From positions 65,798 to 129,797 of the forward strand of contig CAXGAI010000001.1 in the NCBI GenBank assembly GCA_964007735.1: a stretch of DNA of 64,000 nucleotides, in the 5' to 3' direction. Numbering within the stretch: the stretch's first letter is position 1; each line of letters opens with the position of its first letter. Shown here in pieces: positions 48,360 through 57,729 of the stretch. The translations under genes were made by a program, and so were the position numbers. The notes beneath the pieces were generated by a model. That model saw only the letters and a program-made list of their open reading frames with translations. It was not told the DNA's origin and made no database searches. This DNA comes from an uncultured Rhodopirellula sp. GTDB lineage: Bacteria; Planctomycetota; Planctomycetia; Pirellulales; Pirellulaceae.

Positions 48360-50669
48360 TTACTCCTGAGCAACGACTTTAATGTTCGTGTTAATTTGGT
48401 TACTGGAGACTCTGACTTCAGGCTTCAGATCGGTTCCCGCGTTAGCGACCAATTTAATATCCTTTAAATCAGCAGTTTTTGCTTCTTTTGCAAAGCGTAC
48501 TTCCAGAGTGAATTCAGTTTGATCAGCGGGAACTTCAATGCTTGGAGCGGTATAACCTTCGGGTAGTCCGGCTAGTGTGACCGTTACCGGTTTATCAAAA
48601 CCTGCAGCACGAACGATCGTTCCACTGAAACGTCCGGTTTCTCCTTCGCCAGCGCGGGCCTGGATAGTGGCTTCGGTGGATAATGCCATACGAAGAGCAT
48701 TGAGAGGTGTGATGGTTAGCTGCCTTGTGGAAACAGTTGCGACAACGTTTTTATTGTCAGCACTGAGTAGTTCGGCCAAAATGGCACCTCGCCAAGCCAT
48801 TAATCCAAGATCATGCGGAATCCAGATATTTAATGTTTGGCTAGTTATATCGGCACTCAGCATTAGATCTTCGTTCAATCGCAAAGCCCGATCTGTATCG
48901 TCGACTTCGACGTCTTTGTTATTCTGCTTTACTTTCTTACGAGGCATTGTTTGATTGGAAATTAACCGAAGGCGGATGGTTCCGGTGATGCCTTCCATAC
49001 GCTGAATATTAACGGTGACCGGCAGGAACTTACCTTGAGAGATTTGTATGTCAGTGGCTTCGGTGGCAAGGGAAATGCCGATAGGAGCCGCCGTTGTGCG
49101 AGCGAATCCCAGACTCTGACGAAGTTCAGGCAGTACTCGATAATGTGGGTTATCATTGCCAACAATTGCAACTTTACGGGTGCCAATATTTTCGTCAGCA
49201 GCTGTCGCGATAATTCGACCGATACCGGCAATAGAAGCGCCGTCAGCGGCTGTGATGGAGATGAGCCCACGAGTACGACCAGCAAGAACCTGATTGTTAG
49301 CGACAGTGACGCCTTCGGGTAACCCTTCGAATTCCAGGTCAACGTCGCCATTGTAGCCCTGGCGGGCAAGATCCACGATCACTGTTTGCGTTGAGCCAGC
49401 TGGGATTTGTAGTCGATCCTGAGCGATATTGGCAGCGAATTGTGGCTGACTAATGTCCTGAATTTCAATGCGATAGATAAAGTCCTCCCCACCACGACGC
49501 AACAGGTCGTTGAGTGTGACAGTAATGAATTCCGAGTTTCCCGGCACGGTTATATCAACGCCCGGATCGGATAGTCCCGGACGGTCATCATTTTGCCCGA
49601 TTTGAGCTCCATTGGCTGCCTTAACAACTAAGACCCCATCGACAGGTGATCCTGCGCGACGTGCAACAACATCTAAACGCAATTTAGAACCGGGCTTAGC
49701 GAGTACTTTGAAGCTGTCGGTTTCCCCTTTCTTCGATAAACGCCCGTTGATTCCAACAGGTGCTGCTGGTACGTCCGTCGCGTCATCGTTCTCTATATAC
49801 TCGACATGATTGCTAAAGATGATGCGGGGCCGAGAACCGGTGGAGTGTCCTGTTGTCGGGAGGGGAAGTGAGCTGATCGTATCGCTGGAGGAGTTGACGT
49901 CGATAACACTATCGATATTCGTACGACCATATTTAACACGGGCTGTCTGACCAGCCTGAACTCCAATAGGAAAGGCCAGATCAGCGAAAGACAGATCCCC
50001 TATTTTAAGACGGAACCTTCCCGGTCCGGGTCCCTTGTATAGGATGTCATGCATTTCTAATGTGTACGTACCATCGGCTGGGATCGTAGTGGAAATGCGG
50101 GCATCTCCATAAAGTTCAGGTTGAGGAGCACTGAAGCCGATTTGGACTCCGTCTGCGTTCAGCAACCGTAATACGGGCCGGATGTTGGAACCGATACGAC
50201 GTCCTTCAACATCGACAACGATCGGTTCGCCTGCCTTCCCAACAAATGCTGTTTTAAGAATGTTTCCCCCGCTGAGGTCACCAGCCAAAGCGACTGGTAA
50301 TGTTTCGATGGTTTCCGTGAATGGAATTTGCGTCAGATTGTCGACACCCAGTGAAAGAGCATTAGAGATACCTTTGTCACTCGCTATACGAATCCAGTGT
50401 ATCCCTGGTTGCGACTCAGCTGTGGTCAGTTCGATAACTGCCTTTCCATTGTCAGACCCTTCGACAGCTTTTTGAGCTGAAATCGGAAAAGAAGCGACTA
50501 GCTTTGGAGCCGGTGTCAAATCAGCACCTGTGATAGTAATTTGAACGGTTGTCCCGGACTGAATTCCGGGAACACTGACGTTATTAATCGTTGGTGCAGC
50601 AAGTAGTGCCTGAGCAAAGAAGCTAAATGTAACAACAGTCGAAAGAATAGCAGGCAAAAAGCGATTCAT
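48360..50669 (-). CDS. large secreted protein with PPC (pre-peptidase C-terminal)-like and Ig-like beta domains
   Basis: Signal peptide [24 protein letters not shown]. Two PPC-like blocks: [29 protein letters not shown]...LRLLNADG...[10 protein letters not shown] and [48 protein letters not shown]. Confidence 0.6.
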   Translation of the reverse strand: MNRFLPAILSTVVTFSFFAQALLAAPTINNVSVPGIQSGTTVQITITGADLTPAPKLVASFPISAQKAVEGSDNGKAVIELTTAESQPGIHWIRIASDKGISNALSLGVDNLTQIPFTETIETLPVALAGDLSGGNILKTAFVGKAGEPIVVDVEGRRIGSNIRPVLRLLNADGVQIGFSAPQPELYGDARISTTIPADGTYTLEMHDILYKGPGPGRFRLKIGDLSFADLAFPIGVQAGQTARVKYGRTNIDSVIDVNSSSDTISSLPLPTTGHSTGSRPRIIFSNHVEYIENDDATDVPAAPVGINGRLSKKGETDSFKVLAKPGSKLRLDVVARRAGSPVDGVLVVKAANGAQIGQNDDRPGLSDPGVDITVPGNSEFITVTLNDLLRRGGEDFIYRIEIQDISQPQFAANIAQDRLQIPAGSTQTVIVDLARQGYNGDVDLEFEGLPEGVTVANNQVLAGRTRGLISITAADGASIAGIGRIIATAADENIGTRKVAIVGNDNPHYRVLPELRQSLGFARTTAAPIGISLATEATDIQISQGKFLPVTVNIQRMEGITGTIRLRLISNQTMPRKKVKQNNKDVEVDDTDRALRLNEDLMLSADITSQTLNIWIPHDLGLMAWRGAILAELLSADNKNVVATVSTRQLTITPLNALRMALSTEATIQARAGEGETGRFSGTIVRAAGFDKPVTVTLAGLPEGYTAPSIEVPADQTEFTLEVRFAKEAKTADLKDIKLVANAGTDLKPEVRVSSNQINTNIKVVAQE

Positions 50670-50884
50670 GTCTAATCCGAATGAGTGGTTGTAGGTTTTA
50701 AGTGAAGGGGGCTCTGACGGGACCATGAGCGCATAACCGAGCTCTGGCAAGTCGTCTATTTTACCTTAAAAACGAGAGGGTGGGTATCTACAGAAAGGTT
50801 ACTGAAGCCGTGCAAAAAACCCCGAGAACCTGTCGACGACGGGCCCTTCGGGGTTTGATTTATGGTACCCGGATTCCATGCATT

Positions 50885-51976
50885 TTATTTGAACGGATTT
50901 GGAGCAGGCTGTTTACCGTCTGGAGCAGGTTGTCCGCCGGGGAGATTCCCTTGGATGAACTTTTTGATTTCGTCGAGCGATGTAGGAGTTTCTCCTTTAT
51001 CAGGCCCATTCGGGGCAGGTTCAGGATTACCATCTCCAAATGGGTTTAATGATCCAAAGATAGCCCCGAGCGTTCCACCGCCCTTTGGCTCTTCGCCGTC
51101 ATTAAGGGGATTGTCACCCGTTGGCGGATTATCCGTAGCGGGAGGTGTATTGTTTGCAGGTGGAGTATCATTGCCAGGAGCAAATGGATTGTTCGCAGCC
51201 GGAGGTGTGTTGTTTGCAGGTGGAGTATCATTGCCAGGAGCAAATGGATTGTTCGCGGCGGGAGGTGTGTTGGTGACCGGATTGGCAGGCATGGGATTGT
51301 CGTTGTTTAAGTTTGCCAGCGGGTCTTTGTCATCGACGGAGGGCTTTGGATTCTTTTTAGATACAGTAACGTTGGAGGGGTTACTTTTAATGCCGGCAAT
51401 ATTGCTTCCGGCGAATGGGTTTTCAGGACGTGTTGTTTGTTGCGCGTCGCGAGGTATAACCGGTGCCGGACTTGGCATGGGCTTACGCAAGGCCACCGCT
51501 TCGTTTGTTTTTTGTTCTTCGTAGCGAGCAGCAGTGCGAGCCTTTTCGATTTGTACGAGATTCGCTCGTGCTTCGCGACGCAGCCTTTCAACTTGTAGTC
51601 GAACCTTGCCCTGCACTCGTATTAAGGCTGGGGCGACAGGATAGAAACCTCGTTTATCAATAGCTTCCAATTCCGCACCTTTTTTGAGGTCCGTCAGCGC
51701 TTCTTTTGTTTTCCCTTGGTGATGATATACCAAGCCACGGAATAAGAAGACCCGAGGGTCTTCTGTCCCTTGTTCAACAGCAGAGTTGAAGATGTTTAAT
51801 GCAGCTTCATACTCACCAATGTTATAAGCATGGACACCCCGCCCATACAATTGTGAATTGGATGTGTTCTGTGCCTTTACCGTGACGTTAATCAACATCA
51901 GAAGACAAATGATGAGACGGAATATGTTCTTAGACATTTTCTCGTTATCCGATTTCAGAATTGAAAAATTAGACAT
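50885..51976 (-). CDS. TPR-repeat protein with a Pro/Asn-rich low-complexity tail
   Basis: N-terminal anchor, then TPR-like segments (YGRGVHAYNIGEYEAALNIFNSAVEQ.., LFRGLVYHHQGKTKEALTDLKKGAEL). The C-terminal half is P/N/A/T-rich and includes a tandem NNPFAPGNDTPPANNTPPAA. Confidence 0.7.
   Translation of the reverse strand: MSNFSILKSDNEKMSKNIFRLIICLLMLINVTVKAQNTSNSQLYGRGVHAYNIGEYEAALNIFNSAVEQGTEDPRVFLFRGLVYHHQGKTKEALTDLKKGAELEAIDKRGFYPVAPALIRVQGKVRLQVERLRREARANLVQIEKARTAARYEEQKTNEAVALRKPMPSPAPVIPRDAQQTTRPENPFAGSNIAGIKSNPSNVTVSKKNPKPSVDDKDPLANLNNDNPMPANPVTNTPPAANNPFAPGNDTPPANNTPPAANNPFAPGNDTPPANNTPPATDNPPTGDNPLNDGEEPKGGGTLGAIFGSLNPFGDGNPEPAPNGPDKGETPTSLDEIKKFIQGNLPGGQPAPDGKQPAPNPFK
51141..51273. 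repeat. 60-bp tandem repeat, about 2.2 copies, inside the coding sequence
   Basis: 51141..51200 and 51201..51260 differ at a few positions only. 51261..51273 begins a third unit. The repeat encodes the duplicated NNPFAPGNDTPPANNTPPAA block. Confidence 0.9.
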
Positions 51977-52442
51977 CTGACTGAATTGTACTAGGTAAAT
52001 CGGACGTCGTCCTTCCCGAAAACGGTAAAAAAACAGATTCGATACAGCTGCGGTAACCCGATTATCGTCGATCTCGGTTGTTTCGGCCCGTCAATCCGTA
52101 TAATCGTTAAACTCGATATAAAGCTAGATAGCACAGGCAAACAATTAGGGTCTGTTAACATTTTCGGAAAAGACCCGAGGGGGTAAAATGCGATATATAG
52201 AGTGCAAGGGAAAGGTAAGTAAAATACAGAGCCTTTGCGGGAGGTGGAGCGACACTTCGGTGGGGACTGCAAGTCGAGTTCGATTCTCCAACATACATAA
52301 CGGGCCAGTAGTATTAAGGTCTGATTCATAACCAAAATCGACACACGTTTAGCTTCCGTCGATCGTCACTGGGGACAATTGGGAATGAATTAAGAGCTTG
52401 GTATTCCGGGCCCGTTTTTTATGCGCCGCAAATGAAAAACTG

Positions 52443-53480
52443 TTACCGCGCGGCTTGAGCTTTTATTTCGATGGCGATGTCAGGTTTTTGCATTGCTGCC
52501 GTCGCAAGGTGTACCGCCCCAGCTCCAGCATCCAGATAACGCTGTACATCCTCCAGACAACTTGCCCCGCCTACTCCAATTAGCCCGAGAGCGTATTTAT
52601 TGGCTTTGATAATTCTATGGGCCAGTTGAGTTTGCTCAACGGAGGCATCCAGAGTGGCTTTGCCACAGATCCCTCGCGGTTGACCATCAAATAGCAAAGT
52701 CCCGGCTTCATCTTTTACACGAGTTGCAATACTGTTGGTCATTGCTAATGCATCGACAAATGGATGAATTGCATGTAGCAACGCCTGCATTTCATCTTCC
52801 TGAGCGATGCGTCCTATTTTGGCAATCAGCGGAGTCGCCCCAATTCTTTTCCTTATAGTTTTTACTACCGTTTGGCAATCTTCAGGAATTTGATAAAGCT
52901 GACCATCACAAGTTGTCACGTTGGGGCAGGAAAAATTGGCTTCCACACAATCCGCTCCACTGCCAACAGCCTGTTCAGCACAGAGTGCATAGTCATCTGC
53001 GAGTTGCTGCAGGCTCCAGTCCGGTTGCACTGAGCCTACGACAGAAACACAGAGCACTTTGTTGTCGGCCAGAAGATCACGAGTCGCCGCGACATCGGCC
53101 TTCCAAATTTCCGGCTTCGTCGAGGGCATACCGTAGGATACCGCCCAACTACCATTCATTGTCTCCTCCGTCGGCACATCGGTTTCACCTCCCCGCAGCA
53201 TTTTAACTTGGACAGGCTGAAGGTTTGGCAGGTCATAACAGTCTCGCTGACTACTGCGTACGGTTTTGTAGGTAACGAAGTCAAATCCAAGGCTGGCGTA
53301 ATAAAGGCACCATTTCCCGTTGAGCAGTGGCCCGGCCGGAACGCCGAGCGGTGATGGAAGACGAAAGCCGCAAAAAGAAATATCACCAGGCCATTTAGGA
53401 ACTTCGACCTTTACGACTTCTGGAGCATGGTCATAGTTCCATTGATAATTTTGCTGTCGGTCGTAACGCGGAAGACTCAT
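52443..53480 (-). CDS. dihydroorotate-dehydrogenase-like flavoprotein (class 1 DHOD / PreA-like TIM barrel)
   Basis: FCGFRLPSPLGVPAGPL..., ...TYKTVRS..., ...NFSCPN... (the active-site Cys loop of the class 1 DHOD/DPD family) and ...IGVGGA... near the C-terminus. Confidence 0.72.
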   Translation of the reverse strand: MSLPRYDRQQNYQWNYDHAPEVVKVEVPKWPGDISFCGFRLPSPLGVPAGPLLNGKWCLYYASLGFDFVTYKTVRSSQRDCYDLPNLQPVQVKMLRGGETDVPTEETMNGSWAVSYGMPSTKPEIWKADVAATRDLLADNKVLCVSVVGSVQPDWSLQQLADDYALCAEQAVGSGADCVEANFSCPNVTTCDGQLYQIPEDCQTVVKTIRKRIGATPLIAKIGRIAQEDEMQALLHAIHPFVDALAMTNSIATRVKDEAGTLLFDGQPRGICGKATLDASVEQTQLAHRIIKANKYALGLIGVGGASCLEDVQRYLDAGAGAVHLATAAMQKPDIAIEIKAQAAR

Positions 53481-53560
53481 AAGACTATCTTACACGAGAT
53501 GGTACGAAATGCTTATATAAGATGGGCTGGTTTCTTAATGCTCATAGGTGTTCAAATCCA

Positions 53561-53597
53561 GGAAAAAACCCCGCAGCAATAGAATTACTACGGGGTT
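53561..53597 (-). terminator. intrinsic terminator about 210 nt downstream of the DUF1080 gene
   Basis: The minus strand reads AACCCCG-(17 nt)-CGGGGTT followed by TTTTTCC. Confidence 0.5.
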
Positions 53598-53811
53598 CTT
53601 AATTTCAAAAGCTTCGGCCGTGAATGCGGCGAGCGGAGTCGCTGCGAGACAAGTGAGGATGCTGACGTGCTTCTGCACTGTCGTATTAATGACCCTGACT
53701 TACGCTAAAATTTGGTCCCTCTGCCGGATTAGCCGAAGTGTAAAAAATATCGACTAGTGTTACGACAAAGATTAACTAAAAACAGCATTCTTAACGGGTT
53801 CTATATTCAAA

Positions 53812-54441
53812 CTAGTCGATTCGTTTAACTCGAATATTTTTAAAGTGCACGATACTTTTAGGGTCGTGACATTGCAGAGCGAAAGTTCCATCACCAAGAC
53901 GACGCTCAAAATCTTTACTGAACGCTTCTTGTCCTTTTGGCTCGGTGTAATCGACAACCGTGCGGCCGTTAAGCTTAATCACGACGTGGCGATCTTTTAC
54001 GATGATATGCGTTTCATAAAACTCGTTATCTTTGAGCTTAGGGTCAGCGATATTTACGACGCCGTAGAGGCTACCACTCTTTTTAGGGTCACCATGAGTA
54101 ATATTTACCTGAGCTTCGTAGCCAAATTTTGGCCAGCCGGTCTCCTGGTACTTCGTGTGGAAGTAGATCCCGCCGTTACTGCCAGGCTCGGTCATGACAT
54201 CTACTTTAAGCTCAAAGTTTTTGAATGGTTTATCTGTTTCGTAGAACAGGTGGCTGCGAGGGCCGTGGGCGACGAAAGCTCCGTCTTTCATGCTCCATGA
54301 ATCTTTATTTTCACTGGCTTTCCAGCCTTTGAAGTTTTTACCGTTAGTGATGGTTGCAAAACCATCGTCTTTTTTGTCTGCCATGGTCAGACCTGCAGCG
54401 AGTAGCAAGGCAGGTAGAGCAATCATTAGTTTACGAATCAT
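53812..54441 (-). CDS. DUF1080 domain-containing protein (3-keto-disaccharide-hydrolase family, ConA-like fold)
   Basis: Signal peptide MIRKLMIALPALLLAAGL. ...FKGWKA..., ...NGGIYFH... and ...FALQCHDPKSIVHFKNIRVK are typical of the DUF1080 family. The ATG at 54441 is preceded by AAAGGA. Confidence 0.85.
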   Translation of the reverse strand: MIRKLMIALPALLLAAGLTMADKKDDGFATITNGKNFKGWKASENKDSWSMKDGAFVAHGPRSHLFYETDKPFKNFELKVDVMTEPGSNGGIYFHTKYQETGWPKFGYEAQVNITHGDPKKSGSLYGVVNIADPKLKDNEFYETHIIVKDRHVVIKLNGRTVVDYTEPKGQEAFSKDFERRLGDGTFALQCHDPKSIVHFKNIRVKRID

Positions 54442-54490
54442 AGTATTATTCCTTTGGGTAGTTCTCATGAGTTCAATATATATAGACGAG

Positions 54491-55687
54491 TTATCGACGG
54501 GCACGATCGTGCTTTAGAGGCAGCCAGGCCCCGTTGTCAGCGGAACTGGCAACACACTGCTGGATGAAGTACATCCCTTCCACACCGTCATGTACGTTTG
54601 GATAAATAGTGTCTGTTTTTTCAATACTGTTACCAAGTGCGCGGTCTGCCATCGCGTCGTAAGCTGAGCGATAGACATTGGCAAAAGCTTCGAAGAATGC
54701 CTCCGGATGACCACTTGGAAGTCGACAGGCTGCGGCACCACTGCTGTTCATAAATGGAGCGTTTGGGTCGCGGGTGTAGATTTTATGCGGCTCACCATTT
54801 TTACGAACGATCATTTCGTTTGGATTTTCCTGACGCCACTGTAGCGCACCTTTCGTTCCATCAATTTCAATAAACAAATCGTTTTCCCGACCGTGGCTAA
54901 TCTGTGACGCGGTAACGGTTCCCAATCCGCCATTCTCATATTGAATCACAGCAGTTCCGTAGTCATCCAAGAGACGCCCTTCTTCGAAAGTTCGCAGGTG
55001 GCAGCTAATTTGATCGGGCAGCAGACCTGTCATATAACGTCCTAAGTTGTAAGCGTGAGTTGCGATGTCACCAAAGCAGCCAGCAGCCCCGCTTTTTGAG
55101 GGGTCGGTTCTCCACGCTGCCTGCTTTTGTTCCTCTTCTTCAAGGCGAGTTCGTAGCCAACCTTGAATATAAAAAGCTCGGACAGCTTGGATTTCACCAA
55201 GTTCACCATTAAGGATCATTTCACGGGCTTGACGCACCAGGGGATAGCCGGTGTAGTTATGACTGACCGCAAAGACGACATCAGAGTTATCAACAGCGGC
55301 TGCCAGTTCCTCAGCTTGAGCCAAGTCAAAGGTCATAGGCTTGTCGCAAATGACATTGAAGCCGGCTTCCACAGCGGCTTTGGCAATTTCAAAGTGCGTG
55401 TGGTTTGGCGTGGCAACAGAGACAAAGTCAATTCGTTCCTGTTCTGGCAGGGCCGCCTCCGTTTCGAGCAATTCCCGATAGGAACCGTAGGCTCGGTTTT
55501 CATTAATGTCGTAAGCAGGAGCAGAGGCTTTAGCTCGCTCAGGATTTGAAGAAAGCGCTCCAGCTACCAGAGCGGCTCGGTTGTCTAAGACGGCCGCAGT
55601 ACAGTGGACGCGGCCAATAAACGAGCCTGCTCCACCGCCCACGAGTGCCATTCGCAGTTTCCTATTTAAGTCACCATTGGTGGACAT
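54491..55687 (-). CDS. Gfo/Idh/MocA-family oxidoreductase (cytoplasmic, no signal peptide)
   Basis: Rossmann motif LRMALVGGGAGSFIG, then ...VSVATPNHTHFE... and ...VICDKP... The start is either the ATG at 55687 (AGGAG 10 nt upstream) or the one at 55714. Confidence 0.85.
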   Translation of the reverse strand: MSTNGDLNRKLRMALVGGGAGSFIGRVHCTAAVLDNRAALVAGALSSNPERAKASAPAYDINENRAYGSYRELLETEAALPEQERIDFVSVATPNHTHFEIAKAAVEAGFNVICDKPMTFDLAQAEELAAAVDNSDVVFAVSHNYTGYPLVRQAREMILNGELGEIQAVRAFYIQGWLRTRLEEEEQKQAAWRTDPSKSGAAGCFGDIATHAYNLGRYMTGLLPDQISCHLRTFEEGRLLDDYGTAVIQYENGGLGTVTASQISHGRENDLFIEIDGTKGALQWRQENPNEMIVRKNGEPHKIYTRDPNAPFMNSSGAAACRLPSGHPEAFFEAFANVYRSAYDAMADRALGNSIEKTDTIYPNVHDGVEGMYFIQQCVASSADNGAWLPLKHDRARR

Positions 55688-56010
55688 ATGCAAAATGCTC
55701 CTGTTTTCCCTCATTGCTACCGGCAGGAACGGAATCCAGCTGCCGGAAAAATAAATGAAGGCATTAGGTTTGTGTTTGAAAAAAGATTAGTATTCCTTCT
55801 TTTTTAGCATATCCCGCCGTGTGTTCCAGTCGGGGCGCGCATGGACGTTATTCCCCGAGCTTCTGGTAAGGCATCACTTGGCACTTCAAATGGTAATCCA
55901 GCCGGTTAATTCCAAAACCGTTTTGGCCTATAATAAGTGACAGGCAGGAAGGAGTCCTGAGGTAGTTCAGAGTCTTTTGATTGTCGCCCAAAAACCTCTT
56001 TTTAACTTGA

Positions 56011-56574
56011 ATGAAGAACGAGAGTCTTTTCATGAGAAACAAATCGCTTTTTGTTGGTATTGGTATTGGTATGTTGTTTGGTATCGGAATGGTCATTGGG
56101 ACCGTCATTGGTATGAAATCAAACGAGCAGACCGACCTGTTTAAGATCGATGGTGTGGTTTTAAAGGCCGCTGCCAGTGATAGTTCCGAAAACTTTTCGA
56201 TAGCCACTGGCGCAGTTTCAGATCAAGCTGAAGGAGCATTTTTTCTGGATGCTCTGACCGGTGATTTGCAATGCATTGTTCCTTATGCCCGAACCGGTGG
56301 GTTTGGCGGTCACTTTAAAACGAATGTATTTAATGATTTGCAGGTGCAGCGAACAAAGAAACCGCGTTTGCTGATGGTTACTGGTAATGCTCAGTTCATC
56401 GGAAACCAGCGTCCGGGGAACTCTCTGGTTTATATTGTGGATGCTACAACCGGAAATTTCGCAGCTTACGCGGTACCATGGAATCGCCAATTGGAATCGA
56501 CAGGGCGTCCACAGAGTGCAGCTTTGGTTGCCTTGAAAGTTGGCCAGGCTAGGAATATCACTCTTGGTCAGTAA
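56011..56574 (+). CDS. hypothetical membrane-anchored protein
   Basis: 187-aa ORF with one Gly-rich TM segment (LFVGIGIGMLFGIGMVIGTVIGM) and a soluble domain I cannot assign. It is more protein-like than the overlapping minus-strand ORFs. Confidence 0.5.
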   Translation: MKNESLFMRNKSLFVGIGIGMLFGIGMVIGTVIGMKSNEQTDLFKIDGVVLKAAASDSSENFSIATGAVSDQAEGAFFLDALTGDLQCIVPYARTGGFGGHFKTNVFNDLQVQRTKKPRLLMVTGNAQFIGNQRPGNSLVYIVDATTGNFAAYAVPWNRQLESTGRPQSAALVALKVGQARNITLGQ

Positions 56575-56577
56575 GTT

Positions 56578-56811
56578 GTGTTTGCTAAAAGGACCAGCAG
56601 TTTGAGTACCCTGATTGTAGAGGTCAATGGAGAGGCGGTAGAACTGTCGGACGGTGTAACATTGTCTCAACTGCTTCAGCAACTTGAGATTACCACTCGA
56701 CATGTAGCGGTTGAGCTGAACTTAGAAATTATTCCTTTCGAAAAACATGCGGAGTGCATTCTTGTGGATGGCGATCAACTGGAAGTGGTCACTCTTGTTG
56801 GTGGCGGATAA
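56578..56811 (+). CDS. thiS: sulfur-carrier protein ThiS
   Basis: ...IVEVNGEAVELSDGVTLSQLLQQL...VAVELNLEIIP...LVDGDQLEVVTLVGGG, with the C-terminal Gly-Gly, directly upstream of thiG. The true start may be the TTG at 56602. Confidence 0.8.
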   Translation: MFAKRTSSLSTLIVEVNGEAVELSDGVTLSQLLQQLEITTRHVAVELNLEIIPFEKHAECILVDGDQLEVVTLVGGG

Positions 56812-56830
56812 AGATAGAGCCTGAAAGATA

Positions 56831-57697
56831 ATGGCAACGGAAATAGATTCAAAGCAGTATGTGGCAGAACAGGGAACGTTTCAGGTTGGTCCCTTTGAAC
56901 TGTCAAGTCGTTTGATTGTCGGCAGTGGGCGATATGAAAATGCAACTATGATGAAGGAGTGTTTGGAACTATCCGGGGCTCAATGTATCACAGTTGCAGT
57001 GCGTCGAGAGCGGTTGCATGATGCCGATGGTGAAAACCTACTCGACTTTATTGACTCGGACAAATACGTTTTGCTACCGAATACCGCTGGTTGTTACAGT
57101 GCGGATGATGCTGTACGGGTTGCCAGAATGGGACGCGAAATCCTGCGAGCTCTGGGAAATCCAGGGGCTGATTGGGTAAAGCTGGAATGTCTGGGTGACA
57201 GTAAAACATTGTTGCCAGATCCTATCGCCACCCTGGACGCTACTGAGAAGTTAGTAAATGACGGCTTTCACGTTTTGTGTTATACGAGCGATGATCCAGT
57301 GACGGCAAGACGGCTTAAGGCAGCTGGTGCCGCAGCGGTGATGCCCGCTGGTAGTCCGATTGGATCCGGTCAGGGAATTTTGAATCCTAACAATATCCGC
57401 ATTATCCTTGAATATTTGAAAGATGAAGATCCTGATTACCCGGTGATTGTGGATGCCGGGGTCGGAACGGCAAGTGACGTGGCTCAGGCGATGGAGCTCG
57501 GTGTCGATGGCGTTTTGCTTAATACGGCCATTGCTCATGCTCGTGATCCCCACATGATGGCTCAGGCTATGAAGCATGCCACGCTTGCAGGACGCCAGGC
57601 GTTTTTAGCGGGCCGTATCCCAAAACGACTCTATGCGACTGCTAGTAGTCCGGAAGAAGGCATTATTGCGACTCACCCTTATCCACGCGGCAAATAG
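56831..57697 (+). CDS. thiG: thiazole synthase ThiG
   Basis: ...[10 protein letters not shown]..., [63 protein letters not shown]. Confidence 0.95.
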   Translation: MATEIDSKQYVAEQGTFQVGPFELSSRLIVGSGRYENATMMKECLELSGAQCITVAVRRERLHDADGENLLDFIDSDKYVLLPNTAGCYSADDAVRVARMGREILRALGNPGADWVKLECLGDSKTLLPDPIATLDATEKLVNDGFHVLCYTSDDPVTARRLKAAGAAAVMPAGSPIGSGQGILNPNNIRIILEYLKDEDPDYPVIVDAGVGTASDVAQAMELGVDGVLLNTAIAHARDPHMMAQAMKHATLAGRQAFLAGRIPKRLYATASSPEEGIIATHPYPRGK

Positions 57698-57729
57698 TTT
57701 TGTTGGAATGCTGGTAGCGGGGAAAGATC

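Noticed and set aside
50862-51524. 220-aa plus-strand ORF rich in Gly, Ala and Pro
   Set aside because: It is the antisense shadow of the Pro/Asn-rich tail and tandem repeat of the minus-strand TPR gene (50885..51976). It has no start context and a low-complexity translation.
52276-52288. T-arm-like GAGTTCGATTCTC, considered as a possible tRNA or tmRNA 3' end
   Set aside because: The flanking 5-nt arms (TCGAG/CTCCA) pair poorly. No acceptor stem, anticodon arm or CCA-proximal complement could be built on either strand.
53611-53739. Tried to read this structured region as SRP (4.5S), 6S or tmRNA
   Set aside because: It lacks the SRP GGAA tetraloop and AGCA symmetric-loop consensus, the tmRNA tag ORF and acceptor, and any RNase P GAGGAAAGUCC box. 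It is kept only as an unclassified candidate in the findings.
55848-56703. Minus-strand ORFs 55848..56207 and 56218..56703
   Set aside because: Their translations look like noise (Cys/Arg/Ser-rich, no motifs). They overlap the more protein-like plus-strand ORF 56011..56574 and the thiS start.
56575-56830. Looked for a TPP riboswitch upstream of thiS/thiG
   Set aside because: thiS starts about 3 nt after the preceding ORF, and no CTGAGA...ACCTGATCTGGATAATGCCAGCG-like core is visible in 55715..56600.
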